Part shown: positions 39,486 to 53,497 of the stretch, piece after piece | How the letters are laid out: the number at the start of each line of letters is the position of its first letter | Position numbering within the stretch: position 1 is the first letter of the stretch | Assembly (NCBI RefSeq): GCF_006345805.1 | Contig: NC_042999.1 | Location: 30,070,001 to 30,134,000, forward strand | From: Octopus sinensis | Lineage: Eukaryota | Direction of reading: 5' to 3' | Length of the DNA stretch: 64,000 nucleotides | Position numbers and translations under genes: made by a program | Notes under the pieces: model-generated | The model's input: the letters and a program-made list of their open reading frames with translations, nothing else | Databases searched by the model: none | Told to the model about the DNA's origin: nothing

Positions 39486-40384
39486 TAAACAAATACATGT
39501 ATTAAAATTAATCAAAGTACATACTAAGTATGTCTGCCTGCTGGAAACAACACTCAAAACTCTTAATTAAATCGCCAAAATACACTGAAATCAACTGGCT
39601 TGTCGGCAGTCAGAGGCCTGAAATTTGTCAAAATGGCATATCTCTGTTGACAGTAATAAGAAAACTCGTAATTCTTGTTATGGATATTAATGTCTACCCT
39701 CATTATTTAACTTTGGTATAGCCATTTTCTCTAGCCTGTGGATTTGCTGCGGAAAATTATTAGCAGCAGAATCCTTTCTGGTCTTAGCTAGCCAGCATGT
39801 GGACATGTTAATAAGTATCTTCATACGCAATTGGTGGAACTTTATACATGTTCTATGTCGCGAGGACGTTTCGCATCTAGTTCCGTAAATTATGTGTCCT
39901 GCCAGGACTTCACTGAAGAGCTATGGAATACTTTAATGAAGACCGATAGCGAAATCTCAACTAATGGAGTTAATAGCTCTATTTTGTCTCCATTAATATT
40001 TTTCTGTGATACTTTATCACTGATTTGCGTTCTGTTTTTGCTGGGGCTATTGGCCAAATATACAGGCGGTAATGTAGCGGATATTTTAAATTTAGTCTCT
40101 TTGGTAGACCTAACTGAAGAGGACCAACCAGTTTTACGATAACAAACGTATTCTGAAAAGATCAAATCTCGAGTACAAGTTTATCGATTTCTCTGTCAGT
40201 GTTGCTAGAGGTAGGACGAAATTTTTAAATATTTGTCACCCGCTCACATCGTTGCCTCTATGAATTCAGTAAAGCCTTACCTAGCATGAAACAGGTATCG
40301 ACTGCTATTTCCAGCAAAATGTGGTACCTTGTTGCACCACTATTTTCTGCTTTTATTTTCTGCACCCTTTACGGTGCTTTATTT

Positions 40385-40567
40385 CCCAACATCAGTTGAC
40401 AAACGATGCTGGTGTGTTTACGTCCTCGTAACTTAGCGGTTCGTCCAATCATACCGATAGAATAAGTACTAGGCTTACAAAGAATAAGTCCTGGGGTCGA
40501 TTTGATCGACGAAAGTTGGTGCTCCAACATGGCCACAGTCAAATGACAGAAACAAGTAAAAGAGAGT
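40385..40567 (+). mobile_element. SINE family B, 3' half
   Basis: gatgctggtgtgtttacgtcc..gatagaataagtactaggcttacaaagaataagtcctggggtcg..aaacaagtaaaagagag. Confidence 0.85.
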
Positions 40568-42610
40568 AAATAATATATATATATTTTACACTCATACATA
40601 TACGTACATACATACATACATACATACAAACATACATACATACATACATACATACATACATACCCGTATACGAATATGCACGTGTGCGTGTGTGTATTTA
40701 TATATGCGTACATATCTATATAAAACTATGTAGAATTTGCATGAACTTCTTTTATTGCTTAATAATAGAACAATAATTTCAGATGCAAAACAGTTATATA
40801 AATGAGTTCAAAGAAATTTGATCAGTATATACTTATACCCTTTCATTGAGTCAAAATGCACGTTGGTTGCAAAGTTACGGTTGAGATACGTATATATAAG
40901 AAAACAAACACACAACTTCTCGCATTCAGCATACATAGCACTGAATTCTTCTATCCAAGTGCATGGCATATCTGCATGGCATATCTGTAAAGAGAAATGT
41001 ATAAGTATCTCACGCAATATTTCAATTTTCCAACATAGTAGACTTGTGTTGTGTGAAATATGTGTCTGCTCTTCTAATGGACTATACCTCCGCTGAATTA
41101 CTTCACTTGCAACTGGATCAAAATATTGTAAATCTATTTGACGCATCCAAATTAAATAAGAGCGAATGTTCTATAAGAAATCTGTTCCTGTGATATTCTT
41201 TCACTTTTTACTACCAATTTGTTAAAACATTTCAATGTAATAATGTTATCGAGTGAAAGCTGGCTTTCTGGGGTTTTCTTTTCTTGTTTTCTTTCCTCCA
41301 TAAGATATCGAACTTTAGATAATTTTCCTCAAGTTCGAATGTAACATCCAAAGTAAATTGTCTTTGATTTATCTCTACTTAGTTAATTTGCATAACATTT
41401 TCAGAAGCTCAGTGAACTAACTTGCAATACTGTTTCATTATTCTCATAAAAATATTTTTTATCCAGTGCCAACGAAGGAAAATTAATATGATACGTGCTA
41501 AAAATTAAAAACACGCACAGACCCACACACAAACGCTACGCACAGGCACACTAACACACACATTCACACACACTTACACACACATACATATACATATATA
41601 CATATTTGTGTGAGCTAGTGCGTGGATGTCTGTCATATAACCTATAGTGAACATATAAACTTATTTTACTAAGGAAGGAAAAAAACAATATGAAGAGTCA
41701 CATTTAACGACGTTGGTAGATAGTCTTACCCATGAAAAAGGAAGCGACATATAACCGGACTTAGAGTGATTGGAGAAATTGACGAGTTTCTTCTAAGCTA
41801 AGGCAAATGTGTAAGAGATAACAAATTTTGTTTTCTTATATTTCTTTTACACTTGTTTAGTGCGCAATCGAAGCTAGACTATTTGCGTGCAAATTATTTT
41901 TGACAATAAGTGCAAGCTCTAGTATAGAAATTGATACCAGATACTTTCGGATCCGACAAAGGTTTACTGATAGTAAAGTAAGTAGAGAACAGTATGTAAG
42001 CTCCAAACAGATATAGGTTGGTTTGGGTGTAACGACGTTAAGCTTCAGTCCTCTGAATTGAAAAAGATCTGAAACTAAGCAACGCGAAGACAAGACCTAA
42101 TATTACTTGCTGGAGGGCGGTCACAACGTACTTGTCGCCATTATGATCATCATCGACGCTGTGACTGTTGTCAGTATTAACAGCTTTAGCAGAACAATCA
42201 GCATCCACGCCATTGACATAGACATCATCTTCATCATCGTCATCATCATCATTAGCAGCAGCAGCGGCAGCAGCAGCGGCAGCAGCAGCAGCAGAAGTAG
42301 CAGGATGTATTATCTGCAGCATTAAAATATCGTTCACACCATTGTCGTTGTAGCGATCAATATCATCAGACTTATCTAGCATTCGGGCAGATTTACTACG
42401 TAAGGACTGTCTTGTTATAGAAGCCAATAAGTATCAACAACTTCAGCGTTGAATCTTCAGCTCCTAGCATTCCTACCAGAACATCTGTGACCGATAAATA
42501 TCCGCCTCTAGCTTTAAATTCACGCAAGAGATTACGTGTAGAAGCATCACTTTCTGTGAATCGATATAAAGAAGCATAAAAAAAACAGCACAAAACACGT
42601 CTATAAAAAT

Positions 42611-42656
<46 letters not shown>

Positions 42657-43557
42657 CATACGTACATACATACATATATGTGTATGTGTAATGCTGACTT
42701 AGGTCGTTATATTTCTTAGAGATTCTCGGACGTGAAAATCAACGTCTGTTCAAATATTTAGAAGAAAAATCCAGACCAAAAATAGGCTTCGTTATAGAGT
42801 TAATTTAGCGTCAATTGCTTAGTTCTGATCAAGTTAGTATAGAAGGAAGTAGGTGAACATATTTGATATGTTAAACTAGTCGAGATACTAATGTCACGGA
42901 GTGATCTACGTGAAAAATTGTAAAGAATCATATTTAACATACGTGTAGACAGGATTATGAAAAGAAATTCAACCTAAGTGTCATAAAAGTAAAGCTTTCT
43001 CCTTATCAACAATATTTGTTGAAATCAGACCATTGTTAAATGAATTATATTATATGACCTAAAGGAGCATACACCTCTGCCCTTTCGTTGTGCGTCATAA
43101 CATTTGGGTAACAAGGCGTCGTTGTTAGCCACTAAGAAGTTATTGCTGTGATATTAGTAAGGCTAATTAAATATTTGCTGATGTGCAGATAGATTTGACG
43201 AGCTGAAATTAGAGTTGCGCTAAGCAAAGGTTAGGAAATTATGGGTGCATATATTCATATTAAATATGTTATTGGCCACAGAAATGTTATCGTGAGTGCA
43301 CAATCTTTTTAAGGGCAATATGTGTGAAAATTACAACTCACCACTACAGGTGTAATAATGGCGTCACCGTTCATAATGCATAAGTTTTTGCGTCAGTAAG
43401 TGGCCTTAGCGACTGTTAAAGCGTTGTCATATTTGGGGTTTAAGATCTTATTTTTCTTGTAACAGAAATGCGAAGATTGCATTTACTATGTGCAGTGAAA
43501 CTTTAGTAAGGTAAAAGTAATTCCATAAATGTATTGCATATTGCTAGATACATTACA

Positions 43558-44060
43558 TACATGGTCTTACAGATAAATTGAGACACATTTTACGGTTATA
43601 AAACTGGTTATAAGTAATAAATAATGGTAGTTGACAGATATAATTTTAAAGTCACATTCATTACAACAAAAACATTTATCAATAAATAAGTCCACCCTTT
43701 TGGGCAATTACTGCCTCCACTCCTGAGGAAAATTGTTTTGCTGCTGCTGTAAACTCCGCCTTTTGATTTTGTGTGTCGCACGCACGATGCAAGTCTTCAA
43801 ACAGTTGATACTCGAGTATATTGAATCATTGTAATCAGGAAGATTGGGATCAGACTATTATCGGGACACATATTGACCTTCACAAAAATTGGCACCTTAT
43901 CAACAAGAAACGCCTGTGTTGCTTTTTGTCGTGTGGCATGATGCAGAATCCTGAATAAGTACCACGTTGTCAAGCCCAAACTTCTGGTCCATCCGAGGCA
44001 CCAGACAGTTCTTCAAGATGGCAAGATACTTCTTTGTGCGGAAAATTCTGTTTTTTTCCG
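43558..44060 (-). mobile_element. Tc1/mariner transposon remnant
   Basis: KKYLAILKNCLVPRMDQKFGLDNVVLIQDSASCHT / KATQAFLVDKVPIFVKVNMCPDNS / VEAVIAQKGGLIY*. TIR-like TA-catggtcttacagataaattgagacac at 43558. Confidence 0.8.
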
Positions 44061-45627
44061 TGATTTTCTATTGTCAAAGGCGTTAGCTATTTACCTGAAA
44101 AACAAAGAGGAGGATTAAACTTTAAAGCAGACTAGGTCTTGTCAAACAATGAAATTTAAAAACACATTATAATTAAAAACGTAGACAGCAAAAGTAATAA
44201 GGCTGATGAAAATACTAACCGTCTAAGTGTTTGTTAAGAGCATTTCTTTCATTTTGGCGTATGTTAGTGTTGATAATATAGAGATCAGTTCTGGTTTATT
44301 ATAAATAATATAGCTGTTAGTGTAGCAGTGTGTAATAATTATTTGTGTATTTCGGGATTTAATTTATTATATTCCAAGAGCAGTATATAGACAAATTTGA
44401 TAGTTTTGGATAAGTAGTTAACATTGCATTGCTTTTTTAATTCCTATATTCTATGCTCTGCATTGAAATCCTACAACGCTCAAAATTCACATTTTATCAA
44501 CTTACATCGACTATAATTTCAATCATGGATAATGAGTTAGTTTACTTGGTAGTGTATTAGGCAAGATACCGCGCACTCATGTTCCCGCAATATGTGTTCT
44601 GACTGCAACGTCAGGGAGTCCTTATATGGTGGCACTAATAAAACACAGTGTGAACCTAAGTCAACATATTTTCCACATCGGTGGCATGAATTGGAGATGC
44701 TTGCAAGCAGGGAAAACTACTTGTCACCCATTAAAAGGAAACTAGCTTTAGCTTGCAAAGGATCTCTAGCTTGCAATTAGATGTATCATCGATCTTTAAC
44801 AACGGCATTATAATTAGATATTGTTGACTATGCTTTTGAGGTAGATCCGCTGCTCTTTCCGGCAGATAGAGACTACGAGTAATGGTCCACTCACTGGCTC
44901 GTAGGAACACACTACTGTGCTGCTAGCGTGAGTAATGGGTATTTTTTGTCGTTAGTTGATTAAAACGAGGACATTAATTACCTTATCAAAAGTAATAAAA
45001 AGTTTTAAATACTCCTTCGTTTCTAATCAAAAGTTTTGTTGAATAACATAAATTTATCAAAGTGAAGAAAAAGTAAATAAGAAGTTTGTATTAGTGTCCT
45101 GCAAGCAGGAATTAAATAACAAAATAATAATTGGTATCATGCACATGTGTTCTGCTTATTTGATTGTTAGTGGAGTGAATCTGCAGATTAAGTTAAACTT
45201 GGTATGCTCACATCTGCCAATATTACTTTTCTGCTTATTGCTCATTCAATTTATTTATTAGTATGACAAGGTAGTGTAAAGATAATGAAACCTTTGTATG
45301 CGCAGCCACTCACAGAATTTACTCGCAATATCAAGTATGTCCATCGTGCTAAGTTTCACATATCATAGTGTAATAGATCTATAAGCATCAATAATTACAT
45401 TCAATTTCTATATTTTGAATTTTTCTACAAATTTGTTGTTATAGTGTTTTCTTCATACATTGGGTGTCATTGTTGCTGATGTATGTGGAGCCATCCATAA
45501 TAGCTCCCAAATTCTATGTAATATGTTTCTCGCCTTCATGTCTACAGAATGTTTCGCACGTGTGTCTTTTGTAATCATATGTAAATAGCCTAAGAGTAGC
45601 TACTACATAAAAAAGCAAAAAGTGATA

Positions 45628-45875
45628 CTACTACTACTACTACTACCACCACCACCACAACCACCACCACCACCACCACTACTACTACTACTATTGCTGT
45701 TGCTTCTGCTGCTGCTACTACTACCACTACTAACACCACCACCACTACTACTACTGTTGCTGTTGCTTCTGCTGCTGCTGCTACTACTACTACTGTTGCT
45801 GTTGCTTCTGCTGCTACTACTACTACTACAACTAATACTACTACTACTACTAGTAGTAGTAGTAGTAGTAATAAT
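45628..45875. repeat. (CTA)/(CCA)/(CTG) compound microsatellite
   Basis: Direct reading. Confidence 0.9.
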
Positions 45876-46029
45876 ATATATAATGATGCTTATAGATCTA
45901 TTACATTATAATATGATAAAACTACCACGGATAGACTAAGTGTTGTTGCCAGTAGATTAGGTAAGTGGCTACGCATTAATAGGTTACATTATCTTTACTC
46001 AACCCTGTAATACCAAGAAATAAAATGAA

Positions 46030-46776
46030 CGAGCTAAAAAGATGGCCACGGATGACTAAAAAAGATTTAAAACAGAAACGGAGCTTCTAATCTGTGCCGC
46101 CCAAATATAGAATAGAAAACACATCAGATATTGATAAGTGCAGAAATTGCGAACCAAATGGTGAAACCGTATAGCATATACCAATCGATGTACGCTACTA
46201 GATCTGAAAGAATATAATAAGAGACGTCATGACGATAGAGCAAGGATTCTCACTTAGACATTTCCCAACAAGTATGGATTTCACAGAGCAAAAATATGGT
46301 ACGAACATAAACTAGAAGGCATCATCGAAAATGGTAATGCAAAGATCCTATGGGATTTTATGATTCAGTGCGATCCTGAGATAGAGAATAGGAAGCCAGA
46401 CGTAATGTCAATTGAGAAAGAAAGCAAACGATGCTGGATCATAGATATAGCATGCCCAGCTGACAGCAAGTTACGGGCTAGGGAAGAATGAAAAGTATAG
46501 TTATATGAGAGGCTATCTTGGAAAGTTAAGCAGTTGCGGTCGCTGAAAAAGGTAGCAGTAGAACCAGTAATTGTCGGAGCCCTGGGAAGGGTGAGCAAAG
46601 GTCTCGAGAAATACGTGGAATAAATAGGGGCTGCCATGATGGTGGAGAACTTCCAGAAAATAGCTTGGAATCGCGCGAATACTCTGCAAGGTGCTCGAAA
46701 AATAAGAGGTGTTTCCTTAGTGTCCTGGTAGTGAGCAGCTGACACTGTGGTACATATCCGGCGTTAGAAGCGGTGC
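46030..46776 (+). mobile_element. older, distinct R4/Dong-like family, 3' part with its own 3' UTR and (AAT)n tail
   Basis: TELLICAAQ, KCRNCEPNGETV, RRHDD, WYEHKLEGIIENGNAKILWDFMIQCD..RKPDV..WIIDIACPAD. Ends gcggtgc plus (AAT)n. Confidence 0.85.
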
Positions 46777-46869
<93 letters not shown>

Positions 46870-46871
<2 letters not shown>

Positions 46872-47571
46872 CAAAAACATGTAATGAAAAGAAATATTAC
46901 AAGTAACTGCAGAATATGTGGAGATGGACAAGAAACAATAAATCATATTATCTCTAGCTGCCCAGTCCTGGCTAAGAAGGAATATATTCACAGACATGAC
47001 AGAGTTGGAACCTACATACATTGGAAGCTATGCCAACATTATGGAATAACAACAGAAAAAAGATGGTATAGGCACACACCAGAAAAGGTCACAGAAAACG
47101 AGAAAGCAACCATACTCTGGGATATGCCGATACACACAGATAGAGAAATTAAGGCCAACAGACCAGATATAGTTGTCAGAGATCACGAAGAAAAAAATGC
47201 TTTCTAATTGATGTATCAATACCGGCAGATGACAACGTTTCTCTAAAAGAAATGGAGAAACTCTCAAAATACAAAGACCTGGAAATAGAGGTAACTAGAA
47301 TGTGGAATCTGAAAACAGAAACAATTCCTATCATAGTAGGTGCATTAGGCATGATAAAAAAAATATTCAGACAAATACATAAGAAAAACACCAGGACTTA
47401 CAAACACATATAACATACAGAAAATTGCACTACTAGGCACTGCACACATCCTACGCAGAACACTTTCCATACAATAACCATCAGAGCATCACAACAAATC
47501 ACAGCATATACCCAAGGCACACAGAGCTGCGCTCGGTAGTCAAGTGAAAGCACTGTATAAAAATAAAACTA

Positions 47572-47574
<3 letters not shown>
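46870..47574 (+). mobile_element. R4/Dong-like 5'-truncated copy (705 bp)
   Basis: CCHC plus REL plus 3' UTR, flanked by (AAT)n. Confidence 0.95.
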
Positions 47575-47653
<79 letters not shown>

Positions 47654-47655
<2 letters not shown>

Positions 47656-48356
47656 CAAAAACATGTAATGAAAAGAAATATTACAAGTAACTGCAGAATA
47701 TGTGGAGATGGACAAGAAACAATAAATCATATTATCTCTAGCTGCCCAGTCCTGGCTAAGAAGGAATATATTCACAGACATGACAGAGTTGGAACCTACA
47801 TACATTGGAAGCTATGCCAACATTATGGAATAACAACAGAAAAAAGATGGTATAGGCACACACCAGAAAAGGTCACAGAAAACGAGAAAGCAACCATACT
47901 CTGGGATATGCCGATACACACAGATAGAGAAATTAAGGCCAACAGACCAGATATAGTTGTCAGAGATCACGAAGAAAAAAAATGCTTTCTAATTGATGTA
48001 TCAATACCGGCAGATGACAACGTTTCTCTAAAAGAAATGGAGAAACTCTCAAAATACAAAGACCTGGGAATAGAGGTAACTAGAATGTGGAATCTGAAAA
48101 CAGAAACAATTCCTATCATAGTAGGTGCATTAGGCATGATAAAAAAAATATTCAGACAAATACATAAGAAAAACACCAGGACTTACAAACACATATAACA
48201 TACAGAAAATTGCACTACTAGGCACTGCACACATCCTACGCAGAACACTTTCCATACAATAACCATCAGAGCATCACAACAAATCACAGCATATACCCAA
48301 GGCACACAGAGCTGCGCTCGGTAGTCAAGTGAAAGCACTGTATAAAAATAAAACTA

Positions 48357-48359
<3 letters not shown>
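47654..48359 (+). mobile_element. R4/Dong-like 5'-truncated copy (706 bp), tandem duplicate of 46870-47574
   Basis: Same 5' start (accaaaaacatgtaatg) and the same extra A in aaaaaaatattcagac. Confidence 0.95.
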
Positions 48360-48392
<33 letters not shown>

Positions 48393-48402
48393 CACAGTAA
48401 TG

Positions 48403-48488
<86 letters not shown>

Positions 48489-48490
<2 letters not shown>

Positions 48491-49495
48491 ATCTTAATTC
48501 CCAAATCAAATGAAACAGAAAAACCAGAAAACTACAGACCAATAACCTGCCTCCCTACTATGTTCAAGGCATTTACTGCAGTGATATCACAAAGGCTGAA
48601 CAAGCACCTGGACGAAAACAAACTGTTCCCAGAAGAGCAGAAAGGATGCCGCAAAGGCTCATATGGCTGTAAAGATCAACTAATGATTAATAAAGCCATA
48701 ACTGAAGACAGCCACAGAAAGAAGAAAGGCCTCAGTATGGCCTGGATTGACTACAGAAAGGCGTTTGATAGCATCCCCCACACATGGATCCTCGAAACAC
48801 TAGCCATTAACAAAGTAGCACCAACAATCATAAAATTCATAGAGCACTCTATGAATAAATGGCAAACAGTCCTACACCTCCAAACAAAAGAGGGACTCAT
48901 GAAAACCAAAGACATCCCCATTAGAAGAGGAATATTCCAGGGAGATACGCTCTCTCCACTCCTTTTCTGCTTGGCACTGTCACCTCTATCTGATATGCTA
49001 AATAGAACTGGATGCGGATATAAATGTTACTCTGGGATATGCCGATACACACAGATAGAGAAATTAAGGCCAACAGACCAGATATAGTTGTCAGAGATCA
49101 CGAAGAAAAAAAATGCTTTCTAATTGATGTATCAGTACCGGCAGATGACAACGTTTCTCTAAAAGAAATGGAGAAACTCTCAAAATACAAAGACCTGGAA
49201 ATAGAGGTAACTAGAATGTGGAATCTGAAAACAGAAACAATTCCTATCATAGTAGGTGCATTAGGCATGATAAAAAAATATTCAGACAAATACATAAGAA
49301 AAACACCAGGACTTACAAACACATATAACATACAGATAATTGCACTACTAGGCACTGCACACATCCTACGCAGAACACTTTCCATACAATAACCATCAGA
49401 GCATCACAACAAATCACAGCACATACCCAAGGCACACAGAGCTGCGCTCGGTAGTGAAGTGAAAGCACGCTATAAAAATAAAAATAAAACTACTG
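48489..49495 (+). mobile_element. R4/Dong-like copy with an internal deletion fusing RT to REL
   Basis: RT (MFKAF..GDTLSPLLF..GCGYKCY) joined at tac (49028-49030) to tctgggatatgccg (LWDMP). Confidence 0.92.
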
Positions 49496-49517
49496 AATAA
49501 TAATAATAATAATAATA

Positions 49518-49564
<47 letters not shown>

Positions 49565-49592
49565 AATAATAATAATAATAATGATGATGATG

Positions 49593-49666
<74 letters not shown>

Positions 49667-49689
49667 TATAATAATATGGGTATAATAAG

Positions 49690-50935
49690 GATATGAAAAT
49701 ACCTGAGTATACCTGCATATAATAAGGATACAAGTACCTGGATATCATGGAAAGAGAGAATATGAATGAACACAATATGAAAGAAACGTAGAGGAAACAG
49801 GATTTGTGGAGAATCGGCCTGTGCTCCAATCGAAAGTAACTGGCCGCTATAAGATTAGAGCCATTAACAAGTGCGCTGTGGCTTTGATGAGATATGGGGC
49901 AGGAAAAGTATCTTGGAAGCAGCATGAATTATGTGAGGCCGGATAACACTTAAATTAATGACAATGAACAAGGAACTAGACCTAAGGGAGATGTGTCAAG
50001 ATTGTATATAAAGAGAGGGGGAGGACGGAGATTTGTGTGTTGTGAAGGTTTTGTAAGGGAAAAGGAGAATAGCCTGGCCTGGTATGTAAAGGGGAGTAAA
50101 GAATAAATGATTGAAGCATTGAAAATGTAGGGTACCTTAAAAGTGAACGAAGCAGTAGATCTAATATAATTTACGGAAGGACAGATAGAGCAGAGGAATG
50201 AAATTTGGCAGGACAAGAAAATGCACAGTCAGTTCATAAAGAATAAAGTTGAGTTTGATTCGAATAGAACCCGCCAATGGCTGCAGAATAGAGACTTAAA
50301 TGCGCCTATTGAGGTGTTAGTGTGCAGCGTTCATGAACGAGCTCTCAAAGTAAACTACTCTAAATATCACATTCATAAAATCACTGAATCGACACAGTGT
50401 ACGGTGTGGTCTGAGAAGGGAGAAGAAATAAACCCAGTTGTTAGTGAATGCTGTAAACGCGAATATAACGGGGGACACGGCGATATGGCCAGATATGTCC
50501 ACTGGCTGCTGTGCGGCAAAGCAAACCTTGAGAGAGCCGAACAATGGTATGAACACGAGCCTAAGGGAGCAATGGAAAACGAACGTTACAAAATACTCAA
50601 GGATTTTGACATAGAGTGCGACCAAGTCACATACGCGAGACGACCAGATATAGTGATCTACCACAAAAAGGTAAAAGAATTAATAATAATATATATTTCC
50701 ATACCAGGCTATTCGAGGGGGAAATATAATTAAACAGAAAAGAGTGCGAAATTCCAGTCACTACGGGACGAGATTGGGACGTTATGGGGTATGAGTAAAG
50801 TAATAGAGATACCGGTGGTAATTAGAGTATTAGGAGCAGTTTCCTCCGTGTTTGAAAAATGTATTAAGTACATAAGACCATGAGGTGATCGAGTAGACAG
50901 CACTGTTGGGTACTCTCCTTAGAGTACCCAACATT
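49690..50935 (+). mobile_element. third, old R4/Dong-like family fragment
   Basis: YKYLDIME; ORF 50221-50733 MHSQF..RQWLQ..YVHWLLC..WYEHEPKGAMENERYKILKDF..RRPDIVI. Confidence 0.8.
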
Positions 50936-51908
50936 CTTAGTCCAATTCCACAAATGTTTCAGCCAGAACACAAAATATCAGTAAATTTCTTGTCCGCTGT
51001 ACTAAGATTCCTGCCACTCTTTTTCGGTAGTCATTGGCAATGGATTACATTGACTCGTGTATGTGACACGTACTATATTTTATCTACACATGAAGGTTAA
51101 AGACCTCAGTATATCTTGGAGAAACGGATTTTAACTAAGAAAATATTATAGCTGGAGCTATTACTGTAAACCATTTGTAACGACGTTCCCATGTGTGAAC
51201 CTGTTACTCAACTTCAATGCATTCTGATATAGGTATAAATCTGGCAATTTATACTATACTAATACTTTATGATATCACCTCTCGAAGAATTAACGAACAG
51301 TTAAACTCACGGGGTTTGAAATCCGAACTGTGAGTTCAGGTACAATAGGGTCACAGCGATATTCCGTCGCCCTAACATTTCTGCAATAAATTCAAATCTA
51401 ATCGCACAGAAATAGTAAAGCAACAACATCATGAATAAAGATACTTTTATATATGCAAGATACTTTGAAGTGACGTATGCAATAGTTTCAATGATCAGAA
51501 AAGCTTCAATGTTCATAGATAATATTTTGAATATATGTTAATATTACCCCTATATTCAATATAATGTCTTTTCATGTCTTTTTGCTGATACACAGTTAAA
51601 CCTATTTTCATGTAGCAATTAGCATCGACAACGAAGTTAATATATGCAGGGTACAACGAAACTAAGATGATGCAATCAAAAACAATGATCAAACAAATTC
51701 TGAACTCAATTCCTTAAATATTTATAGGGTATATAGTGTGATATGTACGAATTTCAAACATTCGACATTTTCCTAAAAAACAAAATCCTAAAAATATAAG
51801 GACAAAATAATTTTGACAAAGAAAATAAAATGCTGATGATAATAATAATAATAATGATGATGATGCTGCTGCTGATGATGATGATGATGATAATGATGAT
51901 GATGATGG

Positions 51909-51963
<55 letters not shown>

Positions 51964-52007
51964 AATAAAAATAATAATAATAATAATGATAATAATAATA
52001 ATAATAA

Positions 52008-52188
52008 GGACTTACAAACACATATAACATACAGAAAATTGCACTACTAGGCACTGCACACATCCTACGCAGAACACTTTCCATACAATAACCATCAGAG
52101 CATCACAACAAATCACAGCACATACCCAAGGCACACAGAGCTGCGCTCGGTAGTGAAGTGAAAGCACGCTATAAAAATAAAACTACTG
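52008..52188 (+). mobile_element. R4/Dong-like extreme 3' fragment (181 bp)
   Basis: ggacttacaaacac..gcacgctataaaaataaaactactg between (AAT)n arrays. Confidence 0.92.
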
Positions 52189-52209
52189 AATAATAATAAT
52201 AATAATAAT

Positions 52210-52242
<33 letters not shown>

Positions 52243-52297
52243 ATAATAATAATAATAATAATAATATAATAATAATAAAATAATAATAATAATAATA

Positions 52298-52821
52298 ATG
52301 GCTTCTGATCTTAACTGATTGAAAGTGTTATCATGTACATTGTTTTGTTTTGGTATAAAAGATGGGCTACAGCAAATATTCTGCTCAATACCACAGATTT
52401 GCTTGTCAGTTGTTTGACCTTAACCAGTTGAGCATGTCCCTTAGTGACTGACGATATGTGCATCTCTGATCACGAGCAGAAGTAGTGGGGGAGCATCATA
52501 ACCATGTGTTGAGAAGGATTCTTTATGGTTTGAATAATTCACCTCTGGAAACATGGGTGTTTAGTTCAACGTCCTTAAACAACCCTTATTCAGGGACCTT
52601 TTGAGTGGGATGGGTTACTCGATCTGAAGAAAATTCTAACTGGGCTCCACCTGCAAAATCATGTGCTGTTTATCTTGATATGAGATCACCATGTCGCGCA
52701 CATATGGTTGTGATGCATGTGCCTGGTGTACCCTTATCAAACGGGTAGTCATGATGGGTATACTGGGCTTCGTATATTTTACCCCAGTGTCACTTTGATG
52801 GCATGCTCTGCTCGCTCACTC
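52298..52821 (+). repeat. (AAT)n-flanked non-coding interspersed repeat, about 520 bp
   Basis: No ORF. The 3' end matches 1-126 and it is colinear with 52945-53383. (AAT)n on both sides. Confidence 0.85.
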
Positions 52822-52925
<104 letters not shown>

Positions 52926-52944
52926 AATAATAATAATGATAATA

Positions 52945-53383
52945 TGTCCTACTGCAACACCAGTCATTGGCTCTCATGGTTTCTGATCTTAATTGATTGG
53001 TAGTGTTATCATGTACATATATTTCCTTGTTAGTTTCTTGACCATAACCAGTAGTGGGGGAGCACACATAGCTATGTGTTGAGAGGAATACATTTTGGTT
53101 TTAATAATTCACCTATGGAAACATGGGTTGTTCGTTCAACATCCTTAAGCAACTCGTATTCATGGACTGATTAAGCGGTATGGGGTACACGATATGAAGA
53201 ACTAAGCACCACCTACAATGTTATGCGCTGTTTGTATTGATATGTAATCACTATGTTGTGCACTTTTTGTAGTGGTGCATGTGTCTGGTTTAAACTTAAC
53301 AGGCGGATAATAATGATGGGTATAGTGGGCTTCGCATATTTGTACCACAATGTCACAATGATGGCATGGACTATTCTCTTCCT
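52945..53383 (+). repeat. older copy of the (AAT)n-flanked non-coding repeat
   Basis: atggtttctgatcttaattgattgg..agtagtgggggagca..atgatgggtatagtgggcttcgcatatt..tgatggcatg, followed by (AAC)/(AAT)n. Confidence 0.8.
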
Positions 53384-53436
53384 AAACAGCAACAACAGCA
53401 ACAACAATAACAATAATAATGATGATAATAATAATA

Positions 53437-53497
<61 letters not shown>

